Origin: Vicugna vicugna
Lineage: Eukaryota
NCBI GenBank assembly: GCA_013265495.1
Contig: MU058844.1
Coordinates: forward strand, 4,097,895 to 4,161,894
Direction of reading: 5' to 3'
DNA length: 64,000 nt
The position numbers and the translations under genes were made by a program. This document shows positions 26,732 to 38,580 of this stretch, one piece after another. Position 1 is the stretch's first letter, and the number at the start of each line of letters is the position of its first letter. The notes under the pieces were generated by a model, which saw only the letters and a list, made by a program, of their open reading frames with translations, made no database searches and was not told where the DNA came from.

Positions 26732-27029
26732 GTGAGCTTCAAATTATACGTAGTTTCTTATTTCTCACGGTTATAGGTTTGACATACTCATTCAAAAAAA
26801 AAGCTCACTGACTAATTAAGGCAAATTTTGAATTCTACTCTTATTAAAATACCTCATTCCTAAATTTACACTTTATTCTTGGTTCCATGAGATTATTCAT
26901 ATTAATATCTAGTGGATATTTTCTTTAAAAGATTAATAAAATGCTTTTTAATGGTCTCCAGTTAGAAGAACAAAGATGAAAGGGTTATGGAGAGTCAATA
27001 TTTGTTTCAAGCATTTTTTAAAAGCTGTA

Positions 27030-27260
27030 TAGCCAGGGCTCTGGATTCAAATTAAGCTCTGCCATCTGCTAAATATGGTTTAGGAGAATTGACCTTTCTA
27101 AGCCTCTGTTTCATCAACTATAAAATGAGAATAAAAATGACAGGACTTATACAATAGGCTCGTGGAAAGGGTTTAATGATATAATCTATGTAAAGTACTT
27201 ACACGGCGCCTAGTATGTAATTAGCGATGTTACGTAATGGTGTTAGCTATCATTATTATT
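27030..27260 (+). mobile_element. MIR SINE just upstream of the CpG island
   Basis: CTAAGCCTCTGTTTCATCAACTATAAAATGAGAATAA...TATGTAAAGTACTTA...TAGCTATCATTATTATT. Confidence 0.7.
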
Positions 27261-27894
27261 GTTGCATTATCTTTCCGATTCCAAAACGCTTTCCAGCAAA
27301 AAGGTACAGCTTTCAAAACCCTAGTTGTGTCGGTGACCTCTCCGTTTAATAATCCATCTCTTCTCTTTCGATCTTAATTTCTAAAGAAGCAGCAGTTTAA
27401 ACCATTCTAGAAACAGCATCTCCCTTACCAATACTTAATCCTGAGTCAACAATTATTTTAATTATTAAATATTCATTCACTAAAGTAATTGTTAAAAAAA
27501 TAGACAGGGTAAGACAATGGCCTAACTGTAGATCCTAATTAAGCTTTTTAAAAATTTTCCCTAAGTCGAGGCGGGGTGAATTCTTTCCTAGGCCCCCAGT
27601 GAATTCCTCTGCCGCACCGCCTTGGCACGGAAGACAGAACTCCGGGCCTTCGCCGGCGCGCGAGGTACTCTGTCCGTCCCGGGGAGGTGCCAGGTGAGCC
27701 CCGGCGGACCTGAGAGGCCGAGCTGGGACTCACCGCGGCCGTCGCGCGGTGTGAGCGGCGGTTGCAGGGTGTTCAGCTTCGCCCCCGCGCCCTCATAGCC
27801 TCCCGGCCGTGCGCGTGCGGGGCTTCCAAGCAAGGGGACCTCTTGGCTCAATCTATCCAACTTCTGGGGCGTTTGCGGCGCTCCAGCCGCCCTC

Positions 27895-27995
27895 CCGGGT
27901 CTCCCCCCGCGCCCCTGCCGCGCGCGTCTCGCTTCCCCGGGGCTCCGGAAGGGAAGGAGGCGTGTCCGGAGTAGGCGGGAGGGAACCGTATAAAA
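27895..27995 (+). promoter_or_regulatory. KITLG: KITLG core promoter: TATAAAA (27989-27995), GC-box-like elements (CCCCCCGC, AGGCGGGAGGG) and an RCGTG HRE-like core (27960-27964)
   Basis: Motifs read directly; the TATA box sits at the expected distance from the inferred 5' end. Factor assignments are by motif only. Confidence 0.8.
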
Positions 27996-28017
27996 GTGCT
28001 GGCGGCGCGCCGGCCCA

Positions 28018-28211
28018 GGCTTCATTCGCCGCCTCGCGCCAGGATCAGGAGCGCCGCGGGGAGCACAGGCCGTGGAGAGAGTGCTGCGCTCGGGCTACCC
28101 AATGCGTGGACTATCTGCAGCCGCCGCTCATGCAATATGCTGGAGCTCCAGAACAGCTAAACGGAGTTGCCACACCGCTGCCTGGGCTGGATCACAGCTC
28201 TGCCTTTCCTT
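28018..28211 (+). other. KITLG: KITLG exon 1 5'UTR (start approximate, about 25-30 nt below the TATA box)
   Basis: GGCTTCATTCGCCGCCTCGCGCC... resembles the recalled 5' end of KITLG mRNAs. Contains upstream ATGs at 28102, 28130 and 28137. Confidence 0.85.
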
Positions 28212-28226
28212 ATGAAGAAGACACAA
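28212..28226 (+). CDS. KITLG: KIT ligand (stem cell factor), coding part of exon 1 (MKKTQ)
   Basis: ATG AAG AAG ACA CAA followed by a canonical donor GTGAGT at 28227. Preceded by the recognisable KITLG 5'UTR (...GGGCTACCCAATGCGTGGACTATCTGC...TGCCTTTCCTTATG). Joins in phase 0 to exon 2. Confidence 0.98.
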
Positions 28227-31200
28227 GTGAGTAGGGCACGCCCGGGAGCTCGCCGGCTCTCCAAGGAAATCGCGCTCGGAGGCCGGCGCGTCCCGGCCCC
28301 GACTGCCGCGGCGTGAGGGGCTGTGCCTGCCGGACGAGCCTGGAGGGCGCGGGGGAGGCGGGCGTGGCGAGCAAGCCCCAGCCGCCCGGCCCGTGCGTGC
28401 CAGGGAGAGGAGACGAGGGAACCTGTGTCAAGTTTGGAGTCTGTGTTTAAGTTGGGAGCTGTCAGTCGGGAACTGCGGTTCCTGTAAGATGAAAGGACCT
28501 GCTCTTTGGCCGGAGAGTTTAAGTTACTACGGAAAAGCATGTCTTTGCACGGGAGACATTTTCCCGTGGATTCCGGGGGAGATTACACAACAGCTCCTCA
28601 CGCCGCACGCTGGAGCGCTCGCGCACCCAAATTTTTGTGCAGCCCCCCGGTGGGCACCCGGCTCGTGCGGACTTGGGTGCAGCCGCGGGAACGAAGCCAA
28701 CCCCGAGTTCCTTAGCGGCCACACTCGGCTAGGCGGAGAACCTGCCTGGCTAGCCCGGGAAACTTGGCTCCCGCGTGGTCTGCCAGGTTTGCGGCGCTGA
28801 GTGAGCTCCCTAGGGAGCTCTAGCTGGGTTAATACCTCCACATTGCACCCACTTTCTTCCACTGCAGAAGAGGAAAAGTTGTGTGTGTGTGTGTTAGTGG
28901 GCACCTCTGATGATAGTTATTGAGGTAATTCCCAGTGCTGTAAAACTGTGCATTCTATGTAAGCACCGTGGGTAAAGCACCGTCCAGGGGATACAGTTAG
29001 ATTTTTTTTTTTCCCCTCGAAGCCGGTATCTGGCTGGTGCTTTAGAAAGGGCAGCCTCGGTACTCTCATCCATAGTTCTTTTCACCACTGCAGGTCTTAC
29101 CTCTTCTCCCTTCTCCTCTTAGGAATTTTTCTGTGTATCTACCGCGGGTTGAGTAAGGCTGCCCTTTCACCCCCCAGAGGTTCTGTCGGAGATTGCAATT
29201 CCTGAAATGTGTGGAAGGGGTAGCATTGGTGGGGAAATGGGGAATTGGGGGGGGGTGTTTGTGGGTTTGTGTCAATCTTCAATTTAGAATGAAGGCATCC
29301 ACGTGCTGAAAATGCCTTATTTAATGACATACTTCATGTAATATTTTAAATAGATGGCTAGGCCTGGGAAAGAAGGAGGGAGAACCGAGCCCATTGTACC
29401 AGGGTGGAAAAGGGCAGGGGAAAGGGACATTGGCTGGTAGAAAGGTTTGTGTAGTCCCTAGGCAGCTGCCTAAGAGGAGCAGAGGGCAGGTTCCTCTCCT
29501 GCGGGTATGTTGGTTTGTTTATAGGGAAAGCATTGAACGGCCACACCTGAGATCCACCAGAGAGGGCTATTGACATGCAGATATGAAAGATGGCAACAAA
29601 AGAGAAGTTTAATGTAATTACTTGATCTGTACATGCTTTCTGCTTTATGAAATAAGAAGCATGGATGAGGAACCCATTCTTTGTTATAGTAGCATCTGCT
29701 CACGTGAATGGTAGTGGTGAAAGCTGGGTGGAGAAACCGCTACCTTCTAGTTCAGGAAAAGAGCCTAAACCTCCCTATTTAAACAAGATCCCTGGAGACA
29801 GATCAGGTTAATGACCAACACTCCAAAGTGGGGCGATGTACTATCAAGTCACTTTGAGGGTCAGTCGAATTGATGATCCTTGCACCCTTGCTTTGCAAAA
29901 CAAACGTGAGCTCTGTAATCTCCTTTCTCACTTTGATTAAATGGCTGTGTAAATCGGATTACATGGAATAATTCCATTGAAAACTAGAAGGAGGTCAAAC
30001 TAGCCTGAAACTCCTCAATGTTAGTGACTCCATGCTGCTGACCAGGGACGATGCAGACAGCTAAGTATTTTAGAAATGTGACCTGCTCGGACAGAGTAAA
30101 AGTGCGAGCCCTCTGGGGGAACTTGCTGATGTTAAAGGGCTTGAGGCAAAGGAGGGCAGCGCCCTTGGTGAATGAAGGCATTCATTGCCTGGGATCTAAT
30201 GACCTTCAAGGTTTCCTTTAAGGATACTTCTAGCAATTCCACATTCTTGCCACTGAAAAAGGGGACCCTGGAAATAGCATGAAATCAATGAAATAATCAG
30301 TGGAAATGGGGGAGGGGAATTAGATCCTCATTCATACTGTTAAATTTTCTAATGCAAAAGTTACAAGGAAATTTCCTGTGCAACTCTGTATGGATGGAGA
30401 GTAACATAAGGAAATCAGACATTAAGAAGTCAGATCAATTGTTCTACTGAATCTAATGTTATACTTGCCAGGGAGGAATATCTGTTAATATTCAATAGTT
30501 TAAATAATCATTTATAAAGATGGCTTTAATTCCAGAGTTCTATTATAAAGCAAACGGTTGTGCACTCTCCCATTACCCAAGATATAAAATACAAAGTTAA
30601 TAATAATAATGATAATAATAATGCACTTTAACTTGAATTATGCAGCTCTCTGAGAATCAGACACCAGGCAGTCTGGCCTTTCAGTTAAGCTGTGTGGAAA
30701 TTCCGTCAACAAGCACTTGGGGTTTGATAAATGATTCTTTCATTTATTTAGCACATGTGATGGGCTTCAGCATGTGAGAAATAATTACCCCGGCACTAGT
30801 CACGTGGAGCAATTGTAACAATAAATTTAATCAGTAATGACAGAAATGAAAGTATTTTGCATTTTTCAGGTTTCTGATTGTATTTTACTCATCTTGTGCT
30901 TTTTTTTCTGTTTCTGAAGAAAATTGTGTCTCTAGCTTAGAAAAGAACATCTATTTCAACATAAAATCATTTTTTCATTGTAATGCTGATAAACTAGCAT
31001 ATTAAATAACAACTGGGCATCTTAATTTGTAAGGCCAATTAAAAAAGTGCTATCAGTTTAATGGACCTGGCACTGTTTATTGATGTACTTACATTTTGGT
31101 TTTTGAGATGGTTTGTGAGAGTTTTTGTGACTGCTATCAGAAATACTAAAATAGGAAAAATTCATCTGGCAAACAGTGTAGAAAAGGCCATGTTAGGCAC

Positions 31201-31684
31201 ACATTAATTCTCAGAGAAGAAGCAAACAGAATGTTTGTTAGCTTTTGTTATTCCAAAGAAACTATCCCTCTTTTGTCTGTGTGAAGTTTGTCATCTGGGT
31301 GATGATGAGAGTTTATAGAAAAAAAATTAACGTTTATGAAAAGAGCATTTTTTTAAATCTTGTCCTTAAAATCACTCCATTTCGAATGTGTGCTTTGAAT
31401 AATCCTAATTTATTTAGCTTTTAATTGATACATTCTGCCAAGATTTTTAAACTCGAGTGCTAAGTTGATTACATTTAACATAAAACAAAGGAAATAACCA
31501 TATGGAAATCTCAGGGCCTGAGCCAAACCAATTAAAATGGCCAAATTTTAATGGCTGATTTGGAGATAGCAAATTGTGAATCACATTTGTTCTTTAATGA
31601 TAGGTGATTGAAATCTTTTCATCACCATCAATAACGTTAAAAAAGAAGAAAAATCCTTTCCCTTCTCCATCCATATCTAGGGAG

Positions 31685-31945
31685 CACCTCAGATACAGTG
31701 GAAAGATCCTAGGCTCTGGCTTTGGAGGACTTTGATTCCAATTCCTGTTTTACCGCTGGTGAGACAAATGATGCCAGGCAAATGGTTAAACTTCTTGGGG
31801 TTTCTATTTTGTCATCTGTGCAACGATTATAAAATAGTTATAAGCATGTTTTTCTTTACAAGGATTGGTCATAAGGATTAAGTGAGGTTTGATCTGTGTC
31901 TGTATCCCAGCACAGTGGCTTACTGTAGCTACAGTCTGAATTTAT
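31685..31945 (+). mobile_element. MIR SINE
   Basis: AGTGGAAAGA...GGCAAATGGTTAAACTTC...TCATCTGTGCAA...AGGATTAAGTGAG. Confidence 0.55.
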
Positions 31946-33594
31946 TATCTCTGAGAAGAGAATTGCCTGCCCAGCTAACTTTAAAAGCCGGAGAAAAGCT
32001 AGCTATTGCAGGTAAATGTTGCTTAACCAGCAAAGCACAGGGATCAAGTTTTTATAAACCTGAATCTGTGGATTCAGCGCCTCCCCTTAGAGGCTGATAC
32101 CTGTTTGTACCCATCAAACCAGTAATGTGTGAAAATAAAGGCTGTCTGTGGCATGGGAGATGTTAAAACAATTCTTTAAAGATTTTTTTAAGTGAAAATA
32201 AGAAATAAAATTTAAAACAGAAATGGGAATATTATCACCATCTCTGAGTCACTTTCCTGTTTCCACACTTTTGCTTTCTAAGTTCCCCTTAGGGTATATT
32301 TCATTTTAGACTAAAGAGACTCTGGGCAGCTTCCTATCCTTGGTGTTCTTGAACATGCCCTTCTAAGTGAGGACAAGTCTGCAGGGTGTCTTTATTGTTT
32401 TTACCAGACAACATGTGGTGACTTTTTTTTTTATTGTTATGCAACTTTGGGAGCTTTTTTTTTTTTTCTTGGTTACCTTAATGTTCCCTTTCGTAAACTA
32501 GGGAAAGGCATTTGGATATAAATCTCTCAGGAGTGATCTTTTATCTTTATTTTTCTAGTACATGAATCATGAGCGACTGCAGGAGACTGTCTTTTTGGTG
32601 TTAGTCACCTGTGTAGTCAGAACAATTTATAAAATAAATTGAAGGAACACCAGGATGCTTTTATAAAATATACTATTTTCAGGGTTATTTTGTTTAGACC
32701 TTGTCTCATGGAAACCATTGACTGTAGCCTTCCTGATTTATAGATGCAGAGAGATGTTTTTGTCTTTTCCCTTAACTGTGGGCATACTAAGAACTGTTCA
32801 CAGGGGCTAGGAGTTGGAGAAAATTATCATTATCCCATCTCTACCTATTTCCTTCTGTCCAGAAAAACAGAGGTGGTGGGGGGTGATTTTCTTATAATTA
32901 GGCCTCTTTTTCTAAAATCATAATGTATGTCATCTAAAGGAAGACTGTCCTTTATGTAACTTTCTTTGTCTTTTGACTACATTTTACTGTTTTTCTAGGC
33001 TGCCACATTAACTTGGTTCTTAGAGGGTGGAATTCTTTTATTAGCCCAGATACTATGTTGTATGTCTGTGGAAAGGCTTTGGAATCTCTCTGGACCTCAG
33101 TTTCCTCCCTGTATGATGAGAAAGTAGGACTGGGTGATTTCTAAGTGCCTTCCCATTTTAACATTCTCTATTTCTAAGATACTAGTAAAATAGGTGTTTA
33201 AACCAGATGACATTTAAGCTTCCTTTGGTTCTGAAATTTGTGTAGTCATGGCTTTGGTGTGAATAGAAATTATAACCATTGTTGTATGAAAGGAACCAGC
33301 CAGTGGGGAGAATCAAAGGGGATTTAAATTTAGACTGCTCTACTTCCAGCCTTTTCACCTACTAGATATTTCTCTGTAACAAGAGTGGCATTTCTATTTT
33401 GTGATTTTGGTAATATCCATAGTCGAAGAGGATCTCTCCTTTCTCTCTTACAACCTTAAGTTCTCTCAGCGAAGAAGAATCATAGGGCAAAGTCAGACAC
33501 TAGAGGAAGTCAGCTAACAAAAAGGTCACGAATGCACCCCCCCCACCGCCCCGTGTTTACTCATCGCCTCTGCCCCTGCAGTCTGCAGTGTCTG

Positions 33595-33667
33595 TGTCCA
33601 TGGAATAGATAATGGAGAGATCATGTCCATGGAGTAGAAATGGAGAGAATCTGACCATGGAGTAGAA
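33595..33667 (+). repeat. Short tandem repeat, about 28-29 bp unit x 2.5
   Basis: TGTCCATGGAATAGATAATGGAGAGATCA / TGTCCATGGAGTAGAAATGGAGAGAATC / TGACCATGGAGTAGAA. Confidence 0.8.
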
Positions 33668-36600
33668 CGAGCATTCGTGGAGGGAGTCGGATATTCGGGT
33701 CCTGCCCTTGGCTCTGGCACTGGGTCTTAGAAGTCTTGGGCAAGTCACCCAACCTCAGTAGAATCATGCCCTAGAGTTAATTCTGAGAAGATAATGAAGA
33801 GGAGGGGTCTGCACTTAGAGATGCAGAAGCTGACAAGGGAGGGAGCAGCCCTTCTGCCCCAGGGAAAAACAGTTCCTGTGGATGGCAAGTGGCTGAGTCT
33901 CTCCTTGCCCTGGCTCTTTGCAGATCCAGTACCATCTCTGGCCCACCTCTCATCCTCCTCTCTTTCTTAGCTTCTCTCTCCGAGACTATCACAGCTGGGA
34001 ATCAGAAGCCACTTACCACATTGTTGACATGAGAATATACAAAGATCTGCTGGACCCCTCCTCCAGCTAAGAGACCATGGATTCCTCAGAAAATAGAGCT
34101 ATGACAATGATAATAATGCTCTTCTGCTCCAAACACCAACAAAATCTAGTGAGCTACCTACTAGAGCAAAGTTCAGAATGGAGACAATCTGATCTAGACT
34201 ATTAAAAAAGCAGCAGCAGCTATCTTTGTTGGTTATCTGGATGCAGGAATTTACCACTTGACTCTGCAGGTGTAGCTGTTGCCTTGGGGCTTGGAGTGCT
34301 GCTGATTAGAATGTAGTCTAAAAGGGGCAGTTAGGGTGCCTCTTCTGTGTTCCTGGCACAGACAGCAGCTCAAAAATCCAGCCGTTGCCTTGCAAAGAAT
34401 GCCTTTGCTCTCTAGGGTGACGATGCAAAAGGGCGCACAAGACGGGAGCAAGAGCAAACCCACCGTCACAGCTCACGTGAAAAAGCAAGCCCCAGCCTCC
34501 TTCACCTTTGCATAAAGGGCATCCCCACTGTATAATGTACCCCCGACTGCTGGAGACCAGGAAGGAAAGAGCACAGCCCAGAGGGGGCTGTTGTTTTTCT
34601 TGTATACACCTACTCAGTAGCACTCTGTTGCCCTTTTTAAGAGCAGAAGTTAGTCTTCTAAACAAAAGCCCTGTGGGTGCTTATAACTTTTGCTTCTTTT
34701 TCACCTTTACATGGAAACTCTGAAACTAAGGACCTTTCCATTTAAGTACCTTTGCTAAATTCCAGGACTGAATCACATCTCATAATTGGCTTGTTTCTTC
34801 TAAATACCAGGGTTTGAGCAGTAGTCAACTAGGTCATCTCCAAAAATTACAGCTTAATAGTGACTGTCTATTGTGAGGGACCCCTTTGTGCTGTTTTCCA
34901 CTGTTTATTTGATGTCCCTTTCTCAGAGCCTTCTTAGACAACTGCCTCGTGAAAACACAGATTCCTTGATTTCCAAGAAGAGTGTTGCAGAGAAAGTAGG
35001 TTGTGTTATAAAGGCCTTGCTTCCCACCTGCAGTGTGTTGTCCATATGGATAACTGTTAAAATTTATATTCACTGCAGAACTTTAGATGGGAGAGGGGAG
35101 GGTAGAAATGTTTCCTATAAAATGGTTTCTAATATGATCTAGAAAGCTCAAGGATTGAAAAACAATCTTAGCAGTGACACTTCATTATTTATGGTTCTGT
35201 GTAAACCTGCAATTTAATGCTTTTGAAGTAGTCAACATGTTAGGGATTTCCATTTTTAATGACCAATTAAAACCTCTGTGATTGCTTAAGCTTGAATCTC
35301 TGGTGATTTTAGAAAGCTGCTATCTTCAGCTGGCCCTACCAGGAGATCTCTGATGTGTTCTGTTAGGCAGAGAACTGACCATAACACAGGTCATTCTACT
35401 GCTTGTTAGATAAGATCCCAACACAGGAGCCAGGCCTCCAGGTGGTCCAAAATGGATAACTAAAAGGCAGGGATAATAAAGTAGTTAGAAAACAATCATG
35501 AAAAATCAAAAGGAGGTTATTAGCATGTTTTTAATACTGGATGAAATTGGTTCTATGTAGAAAAGCACAAAACTACAAAATAGGGTTTATATAATCCTTT
35601 AATTGTTTTTGCAATAAATTGTAACAGTTTTGTTGTTTTTGTTTTTTATAATTCTTAACTGCTGCCCAGAAAAGTATTTTTAAAACTTTAGTGCATGTTT
35701 GTTTATAATGTACCATTGCCCATAATAGTACTCTATCTTAATAATACTATAAAATAGTGGACTTTCCCCCACCATTTGAAATTTGGATCTTTTTTATTCT
35801 TAAACAATCCCATAGACTTTTAAATCTAAAACCGATTTGACCATTTATTGTTTGTATTTCTGTGTAAATGTCACACACAAATGATTCAGCTTGAAGGAAT
35901 GAAATTTACTATAGTATGTGTCAAGCGTTTGACATTTAAATGTGTAGCCATTTTAAATAGCTTTCATGACTGTTTTGTATAATCAAATCACCCTGATAAT
36001 AAGATTATGCCAAAATGGCACTTAGTAGAAAACAGTTCCAAGCTGAATTAATTAAAATAACTTTCTTCTGGGAGGTAGGCACTATTTTTTTTAAGTCCCA
36101 TTTCACAGATGAGGAAACTAAGATAAGTTCTTTCCTCTGCCACCTCCATGTGATTACGGCCATGATTAACACCCAAAGATATTTAGTTGGCACAACCACA
36201 GTACATTAGTGTGGCTTATTCAGTACCTCAAAGATACACATTCTTCTTACAGGAACAGTGAATCAAAAATAAATGCAACTCAGGTATTAAAAACAGCTGC
36301 TTATGATAGAACTTGTCAACAAAACTTTTCTAATTCCACTTGCCTAGCATAGTGGCTCATAGTAGATGCTCAATAAATACAGATTGAATGTTATGGAATG
36401 AATAAATGCCTGATTTCAGATTGTTGAATACCAAACACCTTTTTTGGAAGCTTTCCCTTTTCTTTCTTTTTTCTTTTCTTCTTCTTCTTCATTTTTGTTT
36501 GTTTGTTTGTTTGTTTTTTAGCAGAAGGCAAATTTAAACTACTGTCCTGGCTCTTTTATACACACAGATGCGTTTGGTTGATGACTGGAAGGATTACTTT

Positions 36601-38359
36601 GTTCACCATTTACAGCATTAGTTTTCAGTGACTATACATTTACTAAGCAAAACTGGAGGGCATGTGAGAAAACAGAAAACATTAGGCTGAGTTATCAAAT
36701 GTAGTGGTGGTTCTGCCACTTAATAGCTGTATGTTCTCCGTAAGTTTTTCTCTCAGAATTTTACTTTTCCAATCTTGAAAATGGATGCAGAAGTAACTAC
36801 CTATAGATAGTAATGATGTGATGATTAAGCCAGATAGACCGTGTAAGGGCACAGTAACTTGCACTGAGTTTTATAATCAATTCCTTCTCTGCAAAAGGAG
36901 TGAATCATGGAACCTTACAGCAAATACACAGGCTGTGGGACATGAACTCATTGTTAGCAATTTCTGGCTTTGGCTATAGGGTCCGCATGAATAATGAATT
37001 AAAATAATACTCAGAGATTAATAGCTTAACTGCTTTATTTAGTCTGCTTTCTTTAATACTCATAAGCACTCTCAGCAGATTAAATAAAAATTTCCCCCAA
37101 TTTTATGTCCTTTATCTTTCTCCCCTTTCTGTGAAATGCAACAGTTATACAAAATGGGGCAAAAGACAGGCTGTTTAAGAAGAAAAAGAATAGCTTATGA
37201 ATAAGGAAATAAGGCTAGTAAATAAGTTAATGTCTCTTGATTATTCACCACAGAAGAGGCCAGTGCCATGAACTGCACAAGTATATCTCATCTGTTTCTA
37301 GCAAAAAAAGTTATGTAGTAGATATTATTGATAGCATTTTTCTTTTGACAGATAAGGGAAGTTTCATTCAGAGAGATTAAGAACACTTGCTCAAGATTAA
37401 AAGAAAAAAAAAAAAACAGCCAAGTGGAAGGGCTCGGATTTGAAGCCAAACCTGCTTAATTCTAAAGACTAGATTCCACTTAACCGTATCAGTGGAATGC
37501 CCTCATATTTAGGTATACGTACATATGCATACAATCTGTAAGGCTTGAGCCTTTTTTTCCCCTAAATCTGCATGTGAAAATGATGTCTTTGGTGTGTTTT
37601 TTGAAAAACTGAAGTATAGTTGATTTATAATATGGAGAAGGCTGAGAGCAGGCAAAACCAAGTTCCTGGGGTGAGTGACACATTGCTTCAGACTCAGCTC
37701 TTCAGGACCACCCAGGGTGAAGATGTTGTGAAGAGCAACACCCCTCCACAAGTCAGGGAGCCTAGGCTTGGTCACTGGGCTCTTCCACCTCAGTGTCCTT
37801 AGCCATCAAGTGCCTGACCGTGGTGAGGGAGGCCCTTGGAAATAATAAAAATGCCATTTTATCTTATGGAATGAAGAATTACTGCCAGAACTTTGGTGTC
37901 TTTCAAATAAAATTGTACTTTTGAATAAAATTGTACTCAAAATAGGCAGAGGGAAGGTTTTCAAATATTTGAAAGTTGTGTTGCAAAATCGCTTCTTGGG
38001 AAAGAAAGATGCTTTGGGGATGACTTTTATCAGTGTGCCCTCTCTTTTCATGCTGTTTCAGAAGGTAATTAAGTGGCTGTGATCATATTAGAAAACTATT
38101 TAATGCTAATGTTTTTATGCTTATGTCTGGTTTCTGAAGCCACCAGCCCTTAAAGTTGTGACCTTTGCTTCATAATTCCTTGTCGGTCCAACTGCATGAA
38201 TAGTAAAAATTCATTTTCTTTGTTGATGTTACGATTTTTGACACAAAAGACTGTTGGAGCACCCTTATCTGCAGCATCACCATGTAATGTATCAGCTTAG
38301 TGGAAATGAAAGTGTTTGCTAGAAGATCCTGTCGTCATCTGAACGCAGGTGAAGGAGAC

Positions 38360-38580
38360 AGTATAACAGAGGTGTGATGAACCGCACAGACTGCAGTCAG
38401 ATGGCCCGCTTTTCTTGGCTAATCCTCTGAGCCTCAGTTTCCCTACCTGCCAACCAGGGAGCATAGCAGCACATTTCTCCAAGGCGGTTGTGAAGATTAA
38501 ATAAAATAATCCACAAAAAGCCCTTAGTCCAATGCCAGACACCTAGGAGATTCTAAATAAATATTCACTGTGATCATTAG
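38360..38580 (+). mobile_element. MIR SINE
   Basis: CTCTGAGCCTCAGTTTCCCTACCTG...GGTTGTGAAGATTAAATAAAATAATCCACAAAAAGCCCTTAG. Confidence 0.7.

Larger units (their letters stand above)
27560..28800. promoter_or_regulatory. KITLG: CpG island over the KITLG promoter, exon 1 and start of intron 1
   Basis: Abrupt switch from AT-rich DNA to GC-rich, CpG-dense DNA (CGCG, GCGC, CCGG runs) around exon 1. Confidence 0.93.

Noticed and set aside
27548..28904. Many overlapping 60-145 aa ORFs on both strands
   Set aside because: Expected in a GC-rich CpG island with few stop codons; low-complexity R/P/G/A peptides with no recognisable family. Only the 15-nt KITLG CDS and the uORFs are supported.
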